Below are positions 40,378 to 51,640 of a DNA stretch of 64,000 nt, in pieces; the stretch's first letter is position 1; the number at the start of each line of letters is the position of its first letter. Both the position numbers and the translations under genes were made by a program. Below the pieces are notes generated by a model, which saw only the letters and a program-made list of their open reading frames with translations, did no database searches and was not told where the DNA came from. The stretch covers positions 1,184,001 to 1,248,000 of the forward strand of contig CBDCXR010000004.1 of the NCBI GenBank assembly GCA_965223845.1. Direction: 5' to 3'. This DNA is from Planctomycetota bacterium (GTDB lineage Bacteria; Planctomycetota; UBA8108; SXIK01).

Positions 40378-40651
40378 GACGTCCTCGTGAATGATCTCTA
40401 CACAGAACTCTCTTCGTTCGGCGATCGCGGGCGCTCGGCCGGGACGTTCGGGCCTCGACGCGAGCTCTTCGCCGCTCCTCGGTTCGCCGGAGAACTCCCC
40501 AAATATAGCGATGGCGCTCGGATCCTCAAGGTTTGCCCCCGCCGTGCGCGCTGCGTTCGGGACGGTGTTTGCTGGACGGCCCGCGAACGAGCGGAGTCGA
40601 TCGTCCACTGAGAAGGTAGAATCGGCGTCTCGACGACTGAGGTACGGACCG

Positions 40652-41602
40652 ATGAGTGACGGCGAGGAGCGACATCCGCCGCGCGGAAACGGACTCTGGA
40701 CGACCGACGGCGGACTCGAGACGACGCTCGTCTTTGCGCGCGGGATCGAGATTCCTCACTTCTCTGCCTTCACTCTTCTCGAATCGAGGGACGGCGCGGA
40801 GATCCTCCGTGCCTACTACCGGTCCTACGTCGCGCTCGCCCGGCGGCACCGTCTCGGGATCATCATCCAGACCGTCACCTGGCGCGCGAATCGGGACTGG
40901 GGCGCGAAGCTCGGCTACGATCGCGAAGCTCTCGCCGAAGTGAACCGACAAGGCGTCCGTCTACTCGAAGAGGTCCGCGAGGAGTTCGCTCTGTCGCCGC
41001 CCGAGATGCTCATCAGCGGTTGCCTCGGCCCGCGGGGTGACGGCTACTCGGCGAGTGTCCGCAGATCGGCCGACGAGGCCCGCGCGTATCACCGCGAACA
41101 GGTCGAGACTCTCTGCGGTACGGGGGTGGACTTCGTCTCCGGCATGACGATGAACCATGTCGACGAGGCGATCGGAATCAGTCGAGCGGCGGGAGATCTC
41201 GGCGTTCCTCACGTGCTCTCGTTCACGGTGGAGACCGACGGTCGACTGCCGGACGGAACGCAGCTCGGGGACGCGATCGAGGCGGTCGACGGTGCGACCG
41301 GGCGAGCTCCGGAGTTCTATATGATCAATTGCGCGCACCCCTCGCACTTCGCCGCTCAACTCTCGAGCGGGGGCGAGTGGGTCGAGAGGATCCACGGCAT
41401 CCGCGCGAACGCCTCGGGGAGGAGCCACGCCGAGCTCGACGCTTCCCCGGAGCTCGACGACGGCGATCCCGGCGCTCTCGCGGTCGCGTGCCGAGTCCTC
41501 CGCGATCGCCATCCGCACGTCAAGATCTTCGGCGGTTGCTGTGGCACGGACGAGCGTCATATCGAGAGCATCTGCCGCGCGCTGTCCGGGCCCAGCGAGT
41601 GA
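40652..41602 (+). CDS. homocysteine S-methyltransferase family protein (stand-alone)
   Basis: DGGLETTL, GPRGDGY, SFTVETDGRLP, INCAHP and GGCCGT zinc-binding cysteines. Confidence 0.9.
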   Translation: MSDGEERHPPRGNGLWTTDGGLETTLVFARGIEIPHFSAFTLLESRDGAEILRAYYRSYVALARRHRLGIIIQTVTWRANRDWGAKLGYDREALAEVNRQGVRLLEEVREEFALSPPEMLISGCLGPRGDGYSASVRRSADEARAYHREQVETLCGTGVDFVSGMTMNHVDEAIGISRAAGDLGVPHVLSFTVETDGRLPDGTQLGDAIEAVDGATGRAPEFYMINCAHPSHFAAQLSSGGEWVERIHGIRANASGRSHAELDASPELDDGDPGALAVACRVLRDRHPHVKIFGGCCGTDERHIESICRALSGPSE

Positions 41603-41615
41603 TCGGCGCCCGCGC

Positions 41616-43625
41616 TCAGAGGTGCGCGATGTCGATCGGATCGAGATCGTCCGCCGGTTCGATCCCGAAGACGCGCGCATAAAAGTAGTATTCGGCCTCG
41701 ATCGCGCGCTGGATCGTCTCCGCGCGCCGGAATCCGTGCTGCTCGCCTGCGAACGCGACGTAGGCGTGCGGGAGTCCCTTCGCCTCGAGGGCCGCGACCA
41801 TGCTTTCGGCTTGCGACGGCGGCACGACTTTGTCCTCGAGGCCCTGGAGAAGGATGACGGGACAGGACAGTCGATCCGTAAAGTGAAGCGGTGAGCGCTG
41901 CGCGTAGAGATCCTTCCGCTCGGGATACGGGCCGATCAGCCGATCGAGGTAGCGCGATTCGAACTTGTGCGTCTCTTCGGCGAGCGAGGCGAGCTCGGCG
42001 ACGCCGTAGTAGCTCGCACCGGCGGCGAAAACGTCGTGGAAGACGAGCGCGCACAAGGTCGTATAGCCTCCGGCGCTCCCGCCGCGAATGACGAGGCGGT
42101 CGGGATCGGCGCGTCCACCTCGGGCTAGAAAACGCGCCGCCGCGATGCAATCGTCCGTGTCGGCGATTCCCCAGCGCGAGCGCAAGCTGTCGCGATACGC
42201 GCGTCCGTAGCCGGTGCTCCCGCGGTAATTGACGTCGACAACCGCGAATCCGCGACTCGTCCAGTACTGGACCTTCATGCTGAGCTCGGGCGAGCTGTGT
42301 CCGGTCGGACCCCCGTGGCTCATGACGACGAGGGGAGGCTTCTCGTCGCTCGGTCCGGCGTAGTCGCGGTTCACGGGCGGATAAAAGAACGCGTGGGCGC
42401 TCTGACGCCCGGACGTCGGGAACGTGATCGCCTCGGGCGCCGAGAGGTACGCGGCGTCGTCGGGAAGCGGGAGCGAGCGCCGCAGCACCTCGCGCTCGCC
42501 CGTCCGCGTCTCGAAGCGAACGAGCTCGGTTGCGGCGTAGGGCGACGACGCGAGGAAGTAGAGCGTATCCTCCCCGTCGCTGTGAAGCTCGGCGGACGAG
42601 TACGACGAGTACGGGAGATCGACCGGCGTCCGTTCGCCGCTCGAGCGATCGATGATCTCGAGCGAGTCGGCCCCCTCTCGAGTCGCCACCGCCGCGATTC
42701 GATTCTGCGATAGAAACGCGTAGCGGCTCATCGCGAACACCCATTGCGGCGAGCCGTAGTCCGCGTCGGTGGGCGCGATGGCGCGCGCGCGGGCCGAAGA
42801 ATCTGCGCCCTCGAGCGCGTAGAGATTCCACCAACCGGTCGTGTCGGATATCCAGTGGAGAATTCCGTCTGGACTCCACGCCGGCTGAAATACGGACTCT
42901 TCCGGACCTCCAGCGACACGGCGAGCGTTTCGAAGGACGGCCGCCGGCTCGTCGGCGAGCGTCGAGGGGTCGAAGTCCGCAACCCAGAGCTCCGTCGCAT
43001 CCCACGGCATATCGGGGTGGTTCCAGCTCGTCCAGGCGATCGCGTCGCCGTTCGGCGAGATCCGCGGGTACGAGTAGAAATCGGCGCCGGTCGCGACGAC
43101 GGCCGGCTCGGCCGATCCGTCGGTCGGCATCGCGACGAGCTCGTTCACGGGTTCGCCGTCCGCGCGGTGGCGTTCGCGCACGCAGACGAGCGTCTTGCCG
43201 TCCGCCGTCACGTCGACATCGGCGAAACGATCCGCTCCGGGGGCGCTCGGCTCGGGTGTGATCGGCTCGGGGCGACGGGACGCGTCCCACCGATAGAGAC
43301 GCTGATCCGCGAAGCTTGAGAAATACGACGCCTCTCCGCGGACGACGAACGCGCCGCCGCCGTACTCGTGCGCTCGCGTGCGCACGTTGAACTCTTCGGG
43401 AAGGTCGTCGACGAGCTCGCCGCTCGCGTTCTTGCGCACGATCGCGCAGCGGCCGCCTTCGCTCGGACGCGACTCGATCCAGGCCACCGAACCGTTTGAA
43501 GGACGCACGTGGCTGAGACCGACCCCGGCCGTTGCGAGTGAGCGCGCGGAGATCGGAGATTTCCAGGTGCCGTAGGCTGCGGTCGTGGGCATCGGCGAAG
43601 GCTGCGGGTGTTCGGGCGAGTACAT
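41616..43625 (-). CDS. S9 family peptidase (prolyl oligopeptidase / acylaminoacyl peptidase)
   Basis: YGTWKSPI, HGGPT, NYRGSTGYG, GGSAGG, QGLEDKVV, EQHGF. Confidence 0.94.
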   Translation of the reverse strand: MYSPEHPQPSPMPTTAAYGTWKSPISARSLATAGVGLSHVRPSNGSVAWIESRPSEGGRCAIVRKNASGELVDDLPEEFNVRTRAHEYGGGAFVVRGEASYFSSFADQRLYRWDASRRPEPITPEPSAPGADRFADVDVTADGKTLVCVRERHRADGEPVNELVAMPTDGSAEPAVVATGADFYSYPRISPNGDAIAWTSWNHPDMPWDATELWVADFDPSTLADEPAAVLRNARRVAGGPEESVFQPAWSPDGILHWISDTTGWWNLYALEGADSSARARAIAPTDADYGSPQWVFAMSRYAFLSQNRIAAVATREGADSLEIIDRSSGERTPVDLPYSSYSSAELHSDGEDTLYFLASSPYAATELVRFETRTGEREVLRRSLPLPDDAAYLSAPEAITFPTSGRQSAHAFFYPPVNRDYAGPSDEKPPLVVMSHGGPTGHSSPELSMKVQYWTSRGFAVVDVNYRGSTGYGRAYRDSLRSRWGIADTDDCIAAARFLARGGRADPDRLVIRGGSAGGYTTLCALVFHDVFAAGASYYGVAELASLAEETHKFESRYLDRLIGPYPERKDLYAQRSPLHFTDRLSCPVILLQGLEDKVVPPSQAESMVAALEAKGLPHAYVAFAGEQHGFRRAETIQRAIEAEYYFYARVFGIEPADDLDPIDIAHL

Positions 43626-43920
43626 CGCGCCGCGCGAGCGACGCGAACGGGTCGAGAAGTTCTACCACCTCGCGTCCCGGCGGGACAACGGCGTTCGCTG
43701 GTCGCGGCAGGAGACATGAATCATTCGTTCCTTCCCTGATCTGCTCCGGCGAGTCCGCCCCAGCTACGCGCATGGTTTCTCTGCGTCTACGCCAAGTTTG
43801 ACTGCGGTCGAGCCATGGATCCGGTCGAAGGACGAAAGGAGCGAGCCGCTCGAGTAGACTGTGCGTCTCAGCTCGGCCCGAGCCTCTGGTCGGCAATCGA
43901 CCCGAACCAGGAGATCCCTC

Positions 43921-44385
43921 GTGAACGCCCTCTGGCGCTGCGCGTTCCGCGTCGCCTACTTCCTTCGGCTCTGCTACGGGTTCGTTCTTCGTCCGCCGGT
44001 CCACGGAGCTTACGTCGCGGTTTGGCACGGCGACCGAGTCCTCCTCGTTCGAAACTCCTACCGGCGGAGTGTGAGCTTCCCCGCCGGCGGTCTCCGGGCG
44101 AAGGAGACTCCGCTCGATGCGGCGGTGCGCGAGCTGCGTGAGGAAGTCGGCATTCGCGTTCAACCATCGGAACTCCAGCTCGCGCGCGAAGTGCGGTGCT
44201 GGCAGGAGTTTCACGACAACCACGCGAGTGTGTTCGAGATCCGGTTCGACGAGGCGCCGGCTGTGAACATCGACGACCGGGAAGTCGTCTGGGCGGAGTT
44301 CACCGCGATGGACGAGCTTCCGCGCGAGCGCTTGTGTCCCGTGGCGAAGGAGCATCTTCTCGGCGGCGAGTCGACGGGGATTTGA
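43921..44385 (+). CDS. NUDIX hydrolase
   Basis: Nudix box GGLRAKETPLDAAVRELREEVG; start could be 43861 or 43921. Confidence 0.85.
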   Translation: MNALWRCAFRVAYFLRLCYGFVLRPPVHGAYVAVWHGDRVLLVRNSYRRSVSFPAGGLRAKETPLDAAVRELREEVGIRVQPSELQLAREVRCWQEFHDNHASVFEIRFDEAPAVNIDDREVVWAEFTAMDELPRERLCPVAKEHLLGGESTGI

Positions 44386-44661
44386 CGGGATTGAACCGAT
44401 CCGTCGTGTCGAAGACTCGGCGTCGAAACGGAGTCCCTTGTCGGAGCGAGGTTCGCGTACTCGCGTTCTCCCGCGAAGAGATTCACCACGAGAACGGCAA
44501 CGGAGGCGGGGAGAGATCGTCGCCCCCAAGGGAGGTTGAGCTCGCGGAGAAATACTGCGGTACAATGCGCAGTTGATTCGCTGATACGTCGCACCGTGTC
44601 GGTATTCGATCACCGCGAGCACGTGGACTCGCGTCGCCGAACGATCTGTCTGAGGTTACCG

Positions 44662-46017
44662 ATGAATCACTCTGCGTTTTCTCTGCTTGTCGTGCTCACC
44701 GCGGGGACGTCGTCGCTCCTCGCCGACGATTGGCCGCAGTGGGGCGGACCCCAGCGGGACGGCGTGTGGCGCGAGCAGGGGATCGCAAAGTCGCTTCCCG
44801 CGGAGCTCCACTACAAGTGGCGAACGCCGATCGGGGCGGGCTACGCGGGACCGGCGGTCGCGGAGGGACGCGTCTTCGTTACGGATCGACAGCTCGGGAA
44901 GGGAGAGAAGAACCCCGATAACCCGTTTGCCCGCGAGAACGTGCGCGGAACCGAGCGAGTGCTCTGCCTCGATGCCGAAAGCGGTGACGAGATTTGGAAG
45001 CACGAGTATCCGTGCGCCTACGAGGTGAGCTACCCCGCCGGACCGCGTGCGACTCCGACGGTCGCGGACGGTGTCGTCTACGCACTCGGCGCCATGGGGG
45101 ATCTCCACGCGCTCGACGCGAAGACGGGTGACGTCAAGTGGGCTAAGCACTACGTTCGAGACTACGGTACGACCATCAACACTTGGGGAATGTCCGCCGC
45201 ACCTCTCGTCGATGGCGAACGGTTGATCCTCCTCGTCGGCGGAACCGAGAACCGTCTCGTCGTCGCGCTCGACCGCCGAACCGGAAAGCTCCTCTGGAAC
45301 GCGCTCGAAGAGACGGATCCGGGATACGCACCGCCAGTCATCGTCGAGGCGGGCGGAAAGCGCCAGCTCATCATTTGGACCCCCGAGAACGTCCACTCGC
45401 TCGATCCCGCGACGGGGGAGCATTTCTGGACGCAGGCGTTCAAGTGCAATTCGGGGCTGTCGGTCACGATGCCGGTTTTCGATCCTGAACGGCGGCGCCT
45501 CTTCGTCACGACGTTTTACAACGGACCGCTCATGCTCGAGCTCAGCGCTAACACTCCCGCGGCGAAGGTCCTTTGGCGCGGGAAGAGTAAGAGCGAGCAG
45601 AAGACCGACGGCCTCCACGCGATCATGTGTACTCCGATCCTCGCGAGTGAGACGATCTACGGCGTCTGCAGCTACGGGCAGCTTCGGGGTCTGAAAGCCG
45701 GTACGGGAGAGCGGCTTTGGGAGACGCGCGCGGCGACCGGAGAAGGTCGCTGGTGGAACGCATTTCTCGTCCGTCACGAGAATCGCGTGTTGATCGCGAA
45801 CGAGCAGGGCGAGCTCATCGTCGCAAGGCTCACGCCCGCGGGCTATCAGGAGATCAGCCGGTCGAAGCTGATCGAGCCGACCCGCAAGGTGCGCCGGCGC
45901 ATGACGGTGTGGTCCCATCCCGCGTTCGCGCGAAAGAGCGTGTTTGCGCGAAATGACAACGAGATCGTGTGCGCGGACTTGAGCGCGGCAGCTCAGGGGG
46001 AGACGGCGGGGCAGTAA
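44662..46017 (+). CDS. PQQ-like beta-propeller repeat protein, secreted (planctomycete BamB-like family)
   Basis: Signal peptide then DWPQWGGPQRDG; repeated LDAxTG..W motifs; WSHPA near the C-terminus. Confidence 0.9.
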   Translation: MNHSAFSLLVVLTAGTSSLLADDWPQWGGPQRDGVWREQGIAKSLPAELHYKWRTPIGAGYAGPAVAEGRVFVTDRQLGKGEKNPDNPFARENVRGTERVLCLDAESGDEIWKHEYPCAYEVSYPAGPRATPTVADGVVYALGAMGDLHALDAKTGDVKWAKHYVRDYGTTINTWGMSAAPLVDGERLILLVGGTENRLVVALDRRTGKLLWNALEETDPGYAPPVIVEAGGKRQLIIWTPENVHSLDPATGEHFWTQAFKCNSGLSVTMPVFDPERRRLFVTTFYNGPLMLELSANTPAAKVLWRGKSKSEQKTDGLHAIMCTPILASETIYGVCSYGQLRGLKAGTGERLWETRAATGEGRWWNAFLVRHENRVLIANEQGELIVARLTPAGYQEISRSKLIEPTRKVRRRMTVWSHPAFARKSVFARNDNEIVCADLSAAAQGETAGQ

Positions 46018-46058
46018 TTCGAGCGCGCTCGGAGCCGGTTCGACGGTCGCGAGCGAAG

Positions 46059-46871
46059 CTAACCCGAGATCTCCGCGAGCAGTTCCTTCGCCCGCGCGAC
46101 CCACTCCGCGTGCGCCTTCTCCTCACCGGGGGGTGCGGCCGATCGAAGGGCCGCCGACAGGTGCCCGTGGGCGTCCGAGTAACGGTCGTCTTCAACGAGC
46201 GCTTCGCCGTACGCGAGTTGATTCGCCCCGTACGCGGGCGCGAGGTCGACCGCCGTCTTGAGATGGAGGAGGGCGTCGTCGAGCGTGCCGATCGAGAAGA
46301 CCGGATTGGCCTCGGTACGCAGGAAGAGGAGGCCGAGGAAGCGGTGGGGGCCGGCGTGATCGAAGCGAGGATCGAGCTCGATGCTCTGCTCGGCGAGTCT
46401 CCGCATGAGCTTGACGTAGTCGTACGTCGAATAGAGCTCGCTCAAGCGGCCGAGGGCGACGGCGTAGAAATACGGGGCCTCGACGCGCTCGGAACCGCGT
46501 CGGACCGCGTCCCGCCCGATCGACACGCCCTGCATCGCCGCATCTTCGCGATCCTTCTTCTTCGGGAGGTGCTCGGCGAGCCACGCGCAGGCGCGCACCG
46601 CTCGCCACTGGATCTCGTCGCGACTCCGATCGTTGATCGAGCTGAGCGCGATCGCGAGCGAGTGCGCGACGCGCTCCGGGGTTCGCGGCGGGGCGTAGAA
46701 TTGATCGATCGATCGGATCGCTTCGCGGATCTGGCCGGCTTGGATGTCGGACTCGGCCGGGGAGAACGAGTCGATCTCCGGCCCACTGCAGCCCGCGAGG
46801 GCGGCGAGGATCGTTGTGAGGCACGCGCCTGAGAGTCGGCGCACCACCCGCGATCGCTTTTGAGGGTTCAT
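46059..46871 (-). CDS. TPR-like lipoprotein (TatT-like)
   Basis: LAGC lipobox; helical repeats; ELDPRFDHAGPHRFLGLLF...A..HL..AV.LAP pattern. Confidence 0.7.
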   Translation of the reverse strand: MNPQKRSRVVRRLSGACLTTILAALAGCSGPEIDSFSPAESDIQAGQIREAIRSIDQFYAPPRTPERVAHSLAIALSSINDRSRDEIQWRAVRACAWLAEHLPKKKDREDAAMQGVSIGRDAVRRGSERVEAPYFYAVALGRLSELYSTYDYVKLMRRLAEQSIELDPRFDHAGPHRFLGLLFLRTEANPVFSIGTLDDALLHLKTAVDLAPAYGANQLAYGEALVEDDRYSDAHGHLSAALRSAAPPGEEKAHAEWVARAKELLAEISG

Positions 46872-47058
46872 GCTCGGTTCTTAGCGCCCGCAGCCGGAAG
46901 ATGCAAGATCGCGACCGAATCTCCCGTGACGGGCACGACTCTTTCCAATTCGAGAGTCGTCGCTAAGAATCGACTCGCGCGATCGTCATCATCGATAGAG
47001 CGAAGCCGCGACGGACGTACGGCTCGGTCCGCGCCACAAGCGACTCGGGAGAAGCAGC

Positions 47059-48186
47059 ATGGGTGAGCGGAGATTCTCGTTCCCGTCGGGGTGGGTGGTC
47101 GTCGTCGCGTTCGCGCTCAGCGCCTCGGCGATGGGCGAGGAATTGCTCGAGTTCCCGGCGAAACCCGTGGACAGCGGGCTCGGTGCGTTCGCGAAAGCGA
47201 TCGACGGAATTCACGCAAAGGCCGTGCGGGCGAGGAAGCCGTGGACCGAAGCTGAGCTCCGCGCGCGAGTTCCGAAGCGGTATCTGAGGCTCGATGATCG
47301 CTACGCCCGGATCAAGAACCCGGCTCAGAAGGCGCGCGCCCTCGCCGAGCTCGCGCTACTCTACGCGGAGCTCGCGTGGACGGAGCGAATCCGGCCGATT
47401 CGCGAGACCCTGGCGTCACTCGACGAGCCGCTCGCCGCTCGACTCGGCGACTTTCAAGAGTCCGAGCACTTCGTCGCGCGCGTGGTCGGCGCGGAACCCA
47501 AGTGGGGAAAGGCAGCGCTCAGGCTCGCCGAAGCCGCACGGAAGGGCTACCTCGAGCGCTTCGGCTTCACCGCGGTGAGCAAGACGCCGGGGAAGAAGAT
47601 CCGGATCCTCATCCACGTGAATCCAGAGCTCAAACGGTCACGTCTCTATTTCCACCCGTCACCGCGCTACCACTCCGAGCTCCGCTTCGAGGTCCCGAGC
47701 GAGAAGTCCCTGACGCGCGCCGGAAAGCAGCGCATCGTCTACGGCTTCTGCCACGAGCTCGGGCACATGGTCGCGATGTGGGGAAAGTACCGCGTCGTCG
47801 AGGATGACAAGCACGCCTGGGCGCATTACACCGGCGCTCTCGTCGTCGAAGACGTCTACGACGAGCTCGGGAACGAACCCTGGCCGACCTGGACGGCGTT
47901 CCAACGAAAGGCGAGCGGTCGCGCGCGGCTCGTCGGTCAGGTCGAAGGTCGGAAGCCGGGGACGGACTCCTACGAATCCATCCTCGCGCTCTTCTACGCG
48001 ATCGGAGAAGAGTTCGGCACGGAGAGCTACGGTAAAGCGTGGTCGTGGCTCGAAAAGAAAAAGCGCTTCCGCCGGCTCAACCGAGTGCCTTACCTATGGC
48101 TCCGGGATCTCGAAGCCGCGCTGCTCGCAACCGTCCCGCGGGAGAATGCGGCGCGGGTCCGAGAGCTTTTCGGATCGAAGCGCTGA
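47059..48186 (+). CDS. secreted putative zinc metallopeptidase (HExxH)
   Basis: Signal peptide ending ASA; FCHELGHMV motif. Confidence 0.7.
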   Translation: MGERRFSFPSGWVVVVAFALSASAMGEELLEFPAKPVDSGLGAFAKAIDGIHAKAVRARKPWTEAELRARVPKRYLRLDDRYARIKNPAQKARALAELALLYAELAWTERIRPIRETLASLDEPLAARLGDFQESEHFVARVVGAEPKWGKAALRLAEAARKGYLERFGFTAVSKTPGKKIRILIHVNPELKRSRLYFHPSPRYHSELRFEVPSEKSLTRAGKQRIVYGFCHELGHMVAMWGKYRVVEDDKHAWAHYTGALVVEDVYDELGNEPWPTWTAFQRKASGRARLVGQVEGRKPGTDSYESILALFYAIGEEFGTESYGKAWSWLEKKKRFRRLNRVPYLWLRDLEAALLATVPRENAARVRELFGSKR

Positions 48187-48210
48187 GTGGGTTCCGGATT
48201 CGGACGAGTA

Positions 48211-48392
48211 AGATTGCACACGAAGTTCGCGAAGCGCGCGAACGAACACGAAGAAGATATCGAGATCGGGAGGCGCCAGTCGCGAAGAACCGTCGACGAC
48301 CGCGAGGACAGAGAGAATCGTCAAATCAACTCTCTCTCTTTCTCTCTCTCCTTCGTCTTTCTTCGCTGTCTTCGCGAACTTCGTGTGAATCT
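48211..48392. repeat. intergenic inverted-repeat element (MITE/REP-like)
   Basis: AGATT(G)CACACGAAGTTCGCGAAG at 48211-48234 versus CTTCGCGAACTTCGTGTGAATCT at 48370-48392; lies between convergent genes. Confidence 0.75.
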
Positions 48393-48400
48393 CTTTCTCC

Positions 48401-49711
<1,311 letters not shown>

Positions 49712-49838
49712 GGTAGAGACTCCTAACTCTCTCAGTCGGCGCGCGTTCGTGCGCGCGTCCCAGTGGTTCGTAATCTGATCTCGATGCGCGATCCATCGTC
49801 GTCGCAGCGAGCGCATCGAGATTCGTTCGTGCTTCCGG

Positions 49839-50810
49839 CTATTCCTTACTTCGTGACTCTCTCCCTCCTCCTTCCGAGGATTTCTCGCCGCTCCGAGCCG
49901 CGACGAGGAGGACCGCCGGGTGTCCGGCGCCGCCGTCGAGTTCTCGGAACTCTTCGATCTCGAAATCCGCGTCCGCCAGCCACCCGGTCATGGTCTCGCG
50001 CTCGAAGCCGAGCCACAGATCGCCGAGCTCGTCGCGATAAGACTCTTCCTCGTGAGCGGCGAGATCGGCGACGACGAAACGTCCCCCGGGGCGGAGCGCG
50101 CGCCGGGCTTCGCGGAGGGCGTCCGCGGGTCGCGCGACGTGGTGGAGCACCATATTCGCGACGACGGCGTCGGCCACGCGATCCGGCACCGGCAAGTGCT
50201 CGAGCGTGCCGAGTCTCAGCTCGACGTTTTCGAGTCCCCGCTCGGCGACGCTTTGACGCGCCCTCCGGAGCATCTCGGGGGAGCCGTCGATTCCGATGAC
50301 CGACTGCGCCCCGGCGCTCAACCGCGCGAGGAGGACTCCCGTTCCGGTGCCGAGATCGACGACGGTGCGAGCACCGGCGACTCGGTCGACGACGACGTCG
50401 AGGTACTCGGGCGGTCCCTGCACGCTGTCGCGGTGGGCGTCCCAATCGTCTGCCACGCGACCGAAGAATTCGGCGGCCGATTCACGCCGTCGGTCGAGGC
50501 ACGCCTCGAGCTCGGCTTGATCCTCGGCGGGCGCGGCGAGCTCGCGCGCGAGAATGCGGAGGAAGCGGCGGCCGTCCGCTCGCCCCGCCCAAGACGTCGC
50601 GAGGCGGTAGTAGACCCACATCCCCTCGCGCCGACTCTCGACGAGTCCTGCCTCCGCGAGGATCTTCAGATGGCGCGAGACTCTCGACTGACCGATCCGT
50701 AGGATCTGCGTCAGCTCGTGAACGTTGAACGGACACGAGCGCAAAACGCCGAGGATCCGGAGACGGGTCTCGTCGGCGAGCGCCTTGAAGGTTGGGACCT
50801 GTTCGGACAT
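49839..50810 (-). CDS. sahR: ArsR-family regulator fused to a SAM-binding methyltransferase domain (SahR-type)
   Basis: [13 protein letters not shown]...[11 protein letters not shown] wHTH; DLGTGTG, NMVLHH, WLGF; immediately upstream of ahcY on the same strand. Start may be 50816. Confidence 0.85.
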   Translation of the reverse strand: MSEQVPTFKALADETRLRILGVLRSCPFNVHELTQILRIGQSRVSRHLKILAEAGLVESRREGMWVYYRLATSWAGRADGRRFLRILARELAAPAEDQAELEACLDRRRESAAEFFGRVADDWDAHRDSVQGPPEYLDVVVDRVAGARTVVDLGTGTGVLLARLSAGAQSVIGIDGSPEMLRRARQSVAERGLENVELRLGTLEHLPVPDRVADAVVANMVLHHVARPADALREARRALRPGGRFVVADLAAHEEESYRDELGDLWLGFERETMTGWLADADFEIEEFRELDGGAGHPAVLLVAARSGEKSSEGGGRESRSKE

Positions 50811-50811
50811 A

Positions 50812-50847
50812 GCCATATCAGGATATCTTGATATGGCCGTCTGTCAA
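50812..50847 (-). promoter_or_regulatory. sahR-ahcY promoter with an overlapping palindromic operator
   Basis: GCCATATCAGGATATCTTGATATGGC (50812-50837) is a near-perfect palindrome; the minus strand has TTGACA (50847-50842), 16 nt, TATCCT (50825-50820). Confidence 0.8.
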
Positions 50848-50883
50848 CGTCGGATACCGCGGGAAAATCGGGTCGGGGAGGCG

Positions 50884-51594
50884 ATGGCGGAAAACGTGAC
50901 GGACACTCCGGCGGCGAGGCCCGTCGGACTGCGGCGGTTCTTTGGATTCTTCTTCCGTCCCCGGCGAATCTGGGTCCCGCGGTGGTACACCACGGCCGGT
51001 GCCCTTCTCTTGTCGGCGGCTCTGTTCGCGTGGGTCGTCAGTTCGCTCTACTCGTTTCTCGCGGTCTCCGAGGGGCCGCGCGGCGATCTCCTCGTCGTCG
51101 AAGGGTGGATTCCCGATCACGCCCTTCGCGCCTCGGCGGACGAGTTCGACCGCGGCGGCTACCGCTACGTGTGTGCGACCGGCGGGCCGCTCGTCCGTGG
51201 CAGCGGACTCGTCGACTTCGAGACGTTTGCCGATCTCGCCGGGGCGGTCCTCCTCGATCTCGGGGCGGCGAGAGCGCAGCTCGTTGTCGCTCCCGCACCG
51301 GCCGTCGCTCGCCGTCGCTCGTACCAATCGGCGCTCTCTCTGCGGGGGAAACTGACCGAGCTGGGAATCCAGCCGAGATCGCTGACGATCGCGACGCTCG
51401 GACCCCACGCGCGGAGGAGCCGCCTCATGTATGAGCGCGTATTCGGGGAGGGAGTTTCGGTGGGAGTGCTCGCGATGAGACCGGAGAGCTACGATCCTGA
51501 CTCGTGGTGGCGCTCTAGCGCCGGAGCGAAGGCCGTTCTCATGGAGGCGATCGCGTACATCGTCGAACGGTTCTCGTCGCCTCCTCTCGAGTAA
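50884..51594 (+). CDS. YdcF/ElyC-like (DUF218) membrane-anchored protein
   Basis: N-terminal TM helix; LVVEGW, ATGGP, HARRSR, WWRSS..K.VL.E pattern. Confidence 0.75.
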   Translation: MAENVTDTPAARPVGLRRFFGFFFRPRRIWVPRWYTTAGALLLSAALFAWVVSSLYSFLAVSEGPRGDLLVVEGWIPDHALRASADEFDRGGYRYVCATGGPLVRGSGLVDFETFADLAGAVLLDLGAARAQLVVAPAPAVARRRSYQSALSLRGKLTELGIQPRSLTIATLGPHARRSRLMYERVFGEGVSVGVLAMRPESYDPDSWWRSSAGAKAVLMEAIAYIVERFSSPPLE

Positions 51595-51640
51595 GGAGCC
51601 CGCAGAATTCGCGCGAGGGCGCGACCGCTGAGCGTCGGAC

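Noticed and set aside
49712-49838. SAH or SAM riboswitch upstream of ahcY
   Set aside because: It lacks the GAGGAGCG...CAGGCTC SAH core and SAM-I signatures; a protein regulator with an operator explains control.
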